This document shows, in pieces, positions 57,975 through 64,000 of a DNA stretch of 64,000 nucleotides (within the stretch, counting starts at the first letter, position 1; each line of letters starts with the position of its first letter). The notes beneath the pieces were generated by a model that searched no databases, was not told the origin of the DNA, and saw only the letters and a program-made list of their open reading frames with translations. The stretch is taken from NCBI GenBank assembly GCA_037447605.1, contig CM074814.1, forward strand, positions 1,116,001-1,180,000. The letters are read 5' to 3'. Both the position numbers and the translations under genes were made by a program. The stretch is from Zygnema circumcarinatum SAG 698-1b. Its lineage: Eukaryota; Plantae; Zygnematophyceae.

Positions 57975-60921
57975 GAGCAGGTTTCCGGTAAGATTTTCCT
58001 CATGAATTTACTGAAGCAATGCCCTTTATTTCCTACATTTTGTCGTTCTTATAGCGAATTATTTCATAAACTGCAGAGTCATGCAATTCCGAACATGGCA
58101 GGTCCCAGATTTTTGAGGGAGGCAATCATTCCGAGACTTATTTCTGTGCTTGTTTGTGCTTGAATCACTTCAAATGCAGACTCGATGGCGCAGAAGTGTG
58201 CACACTGCATCAACAGATCAGCTTCGTCAGTCGTTTGCACATTGCATGGAGCAAGTCCGGTGCCATTTTTTTTGCGCCCTGCTTTTGTTAAAACCTATTT
58301 TTTCTTCTCTAACAACTACATGGATGCTGTCCACTCGAAATTCACTATTGTTGCAGCATTGCAAAGAGATATAACAATTGGACGAAAGCTAAATAAGCCT
58401 CATAGTCGTTGCCCGCTTGCAGTCGACACGACTATGAGCATTATGTTTGTGCCCTGCATTTGAAGGGTCGGCAAAAAGCTGCTGTGTTCGCACTGCGTGC
58501 CTTCAATGTGGAGACAGCCATGGTGAGTACCCGAGAGCTGAGGCATCCCTTCTACTTGATAGCTCTGGCTTGAGCTGCTGCTGATCGCGGGAAAGAGGTG
58601 CCAACTGCTGTCGTCGCATTGTTGTGTGGAAGTTTTGAACCTCAATATTATGGGTCGCAGGTAAGCGATAAGACCCGAGAACCGCATCTCAGTCTCATGC
58701 GCCTCGTCTGGTGGAGAGACGCTATTGATGGTCTTTTCAAGGTTGGTTCCCACTTTCTCCGAGGTATGCACCGATGCGATTGTGCAAAGCGAACGTGGAA
58801 TGCAATTCTTATATTTGCCGATTTGCTGATTGTTTTAGTTGGTAATGAAACGTTTCAAGATTGATCCATAGGCTGTTGCATTATTCAACTGCTTATCGTT
58901 GCCGTTTGATTCAATCAGAGAATTAGTCATTCAAGAAAACAATGACCACCTTATTTAAATAAAGAGGTTTGAGTTTTGACTCTCGTTTTGTAGCCAACTG
59001 TTCCTTTTTTTTAAAGCCTTCCAAGCTGATGCTTTCCACTTTAGGCCAAGAGCAGGGAAGATAATTGTGAATCAGAATTACTATCAAGATGGCCCTAGAT
59101 TGCGGCATAGCGCTATGGACCTACTGGTGTGGAGGGATGCTGATGCAAACAAGGGGTTTTGAGGATATGAAAAGAAATTTGTTGAACAAGTTGAGAAAAG
59201 GACTGGCTGAGGGGCTTGATAGGGCCACGCATTGGACCATCCTGTTTTGCAAGCTCTGCAAGCAGTAATTGGGGAAGTTCAACTAAGTAGGAGGTGGTTT
59301 GCACGACTGCTGGAAGCCCGTGTAAGTTTTCTTATATTTTGAGATTCAGAGGTTATTTGCTCAACTGCTGCCTCAATTTGCTGGCAATAACGATTTGATC
59401 ATTGCAATTATGTCATTGAGTCTACTTTAGTCCTTGTAAGTTCCAAACAACCCGAGAAGCTATCGAACAAGTCAAACTAATTGTCCTCAAGCTGCAAATT
59501 ATCCATTAATATTGTTCCACATGCTTGTTGAGACAAATGTTGTCTGCTGTTGTTGCAGATGGAAGACTTAGAGCGGGAAACCCCTCCACCGACTTTGGAT
59601 GCATTAGAGGCGTGAGCATTTTCCTCTGACTATTGGACCTTGTATTACTTAGAAACGAGATATCTGTGTGAAGGTGACGTGTTCTTCAGTGTTCTGAGAA
59701 GAAGCTACTTTGCTTTTCTTCCTGGAAACGATTACTCAACGTGACCCTTACGGAAAGTGCATGTTTGGCAGCTTGCAGATATGCTGAAAGCACGGCGTCG
59801 GCACTGCTGTACCTTAGCTTGGAGGCAGCAGGAGTGCGAAATGTTGCAGCTGACCATGCTGCCTCACATATAGGTGAGAATGTATACCTGTCATCTAATC
59901 GTGTCATGAAGGCTGCTGCAAGATTTGTGGACAACTGTGCATACAAGATATACTGTTGTATTGCTTCTCATGCAAGGTAGGAACGAAGCAGGACCTCCGG
60001 AAACCTGACAAATAAGTTCATCCATATGCCAGGCAAAGCGGAGGGCCTGTCATTGCTCCTTCGCGGCACATTGCATCATCTGCATCAGCGGCGTTCCTAT
60101 CTTCCACTCGATATCACTGCAAAGGTGGTGCTTTTCTATTCTAGCATGGGCTACCCTCGCTTTGAGGCTAGGCTTAAGCCGCTCTCCAGCTTCCATTTTC
60201 TGTCAGTTTTTGGTTTTCGATTTTGGTGCTGACGGTTGCTGGAAGCTTCTGCCAGTGAATACCTCACCGATGTCCGTACATTGGATCTGCTATGGCAGCA
60301 TGGAGTGGTGCAGGAGGATTTGTATTCAGGGCGGGGCAGTGATGGGCTTCCAGATGCTGTGCTCGAGGTAAGTTACGATAACCGTGGAAGAAATTTCAAG
60401 CATTGGAAGGGTATGGAGGAAAGCAGTACAATACTGCTGCATTGCCATCTTTCAGTTTCTCTATTATAAAGCTTTCGCTTTTTCCTTTTCTGTGTTTTGC
60501 CATCAAAGAGAAGCTCCCTGTCTGACCTCCTTTAAACGTTTGATTGCCATGCAGGTGGCGAGTGCAGCGGAAGCGCACCTAAGGACAGCTCAAGCCCTTC
60601 GACCTTCAGTGCCTTCTGAAGCTCTGCGGACTCTTTTGCCCTCTGTAAGCTCTCACACCTTAAAGAGGAGCCCCATGCCAAGAAATTGGAGGGGATCAAG
60701 GAAGGGGAATCACAGAGAGGTTCCATTGTGAATATGAGGATGCAAGTAACTTAAAATATGAGGATCTCCGGCTGCAGGTACCTGCAGGGCTCTATCTGAA
60801 GGCACTTGAGAGGCAGAACTTTGATGTGTTGGACCCTCAGCTCCACCGCGGAGTGTGCGGAGTCACCCCCCTCTGGCTGCAGTATCAGGTGGCCGTTAAT
60901 GCCCTGAGCCAAAAGTTTTAA
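57973..60921 (+). CDS. NDUFAF6: NDUFAF6 (complex I assembly factor, squalene/phytoene synthase fold); start codon tentative
   Basis: QSFAHCMEQVR/RHDYEHYVCAL..AVFALRAFNVETA, LMRLVWWRDAID, DHPVLQAL..WFARLLEAR, YAESTASALLYLSL, ADHAASHIGKAEGL, YLPLD, VASAAEAHL, LYLKALERQNFDV..PLWLQ. Confidence 0.92.
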
Positions 60922-61963
60922 AGGTTTTTGGGAAAGGCGGGGGAGGATTTGGAAGGAGGCGGCTCAGCGCTGCGCTATGAGGGGCACACCATTTGGAGCA
61001 CAAATGGACATTTGAATGCAGTTATAAACTGGTGAACGGTGCTTAGAATGCTATTTGCTCTTTCCATGCCGCTCCTGCACTGCGCTTTAGGAAGGAATGC
61101 CACGTTGTCGAACTCCAATGACCAAATTTTTGAATTGAACTAACAATGTGTACTCTTTCCTGGGTGACGTTTGAACCTTTGATGCATTGGAAATGGCACA
61201 AACCACATACTCGTCAAGTAGCATAGATACGTTCAGGTCGGACTGCAAGTTGTCTGAAGGCTGTTGCAGAACATCGTAGCCCTTTCAATCACTTGCCTTC
61301 CACTTGGGGAAATCTCACAGAACGGTACATGGTGGCAGGGGGGACTCCTAAGGGCAAATTTTGAGGGGATTTGAGACGGCTGAAGACCGGAGGGTTTACT
61401 TTGCGGTACTTGGTACTACCTAATCATGCAGGGCCACGTGAAAAAAAAGACAATTCTGGACGTCGAACGTTACATATTAATAAATGGATGACTGCGATGA
61501 AAGGCCATCAGGCTGCAAAGGGATTACAATGGCTTGGCAAGCAACCTCCTGTACAGGAAGACTCTCTCTATGCTGACCACTGTCCAGCAGACTGCACAAG
61601 GAATGAAACTCTGCGCATCACAAGGAAAGTAGCCACCAAGCCAGAGAAAGCTGACTCAGCAAAGCTTTGCTTTTCCTTTTCAAAAAGGGCAAATGAGCCT
61701 CTTGACAAGAAGTGCATTGGGGCACTTGAAGCTTCACCATTTCTCTGGCGAGTGCCACTCTTCCTGCAGCTGAAGCTATACCCGCGCTGCTACTCTCCTC
61801 TGTCCCACCAAGAAACCAAAAAGAGGGATCCACTGGACCTGGTAGGCATCCTGCAAGATTTCCTCACCCTAACCTTTTTGCCAGGTCCATATTGTCCCCT
61901 TGTCGAAGTAAGAAGTAAGTTTTATTCCACAGATTTCCGTATTAGCGTACTAGAAGAAGCGCC

Positions 61964-64000
<2,037 letters not shown>

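Overview
Eukaryotic nuclear DNA from a green plant (streptophyte; the exact lineage cannot be fixed from sequence alone). It is gene-dense with many GT-AG introns, CT/GA-rich low-complexity introns and four 10-N assembly gaps. Conserved genes in order: MPH1-like thylakoid protein (-), red chlorophyll catabolite reductase (-), DGS1/NCA2 (+), a DNase I-like EEP protein (+), UBC23/UBC24(PHO2)-type E2 (-), RCC2 (-), NDUFAF6 (+) and a 5'-truncated 3-isopropylmalate dehydrogenase (-). Between about 18.5 and 45 kb lies an accessory block with three apparently spliceable 10-exon copies of a GT106/O-fucosyltransferase-family gene (one +, two -). The block also holds two orphan last-exon pseudo-copies forming tail-to-tail inverted repeats, two decayed RLE-type non-LTR retrotransposon 3' remnants, a 198-bp TG..CA MITE, a 949-bp foldback element with an 8-bp TSD, and a 31-bp tandem array. 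The most unusual signal is a recurrent 52-54 bp dyad, CCAAT-N9-CCACG..CGTGG-N9-ATTGG (two inverted ERSE-type boxes). It occurs in three putative promoter regions and at the centre of the foldback element. Gene names come from recognising protein motifs by eye, and exon coordinates were spliced by hand. No database search was run.
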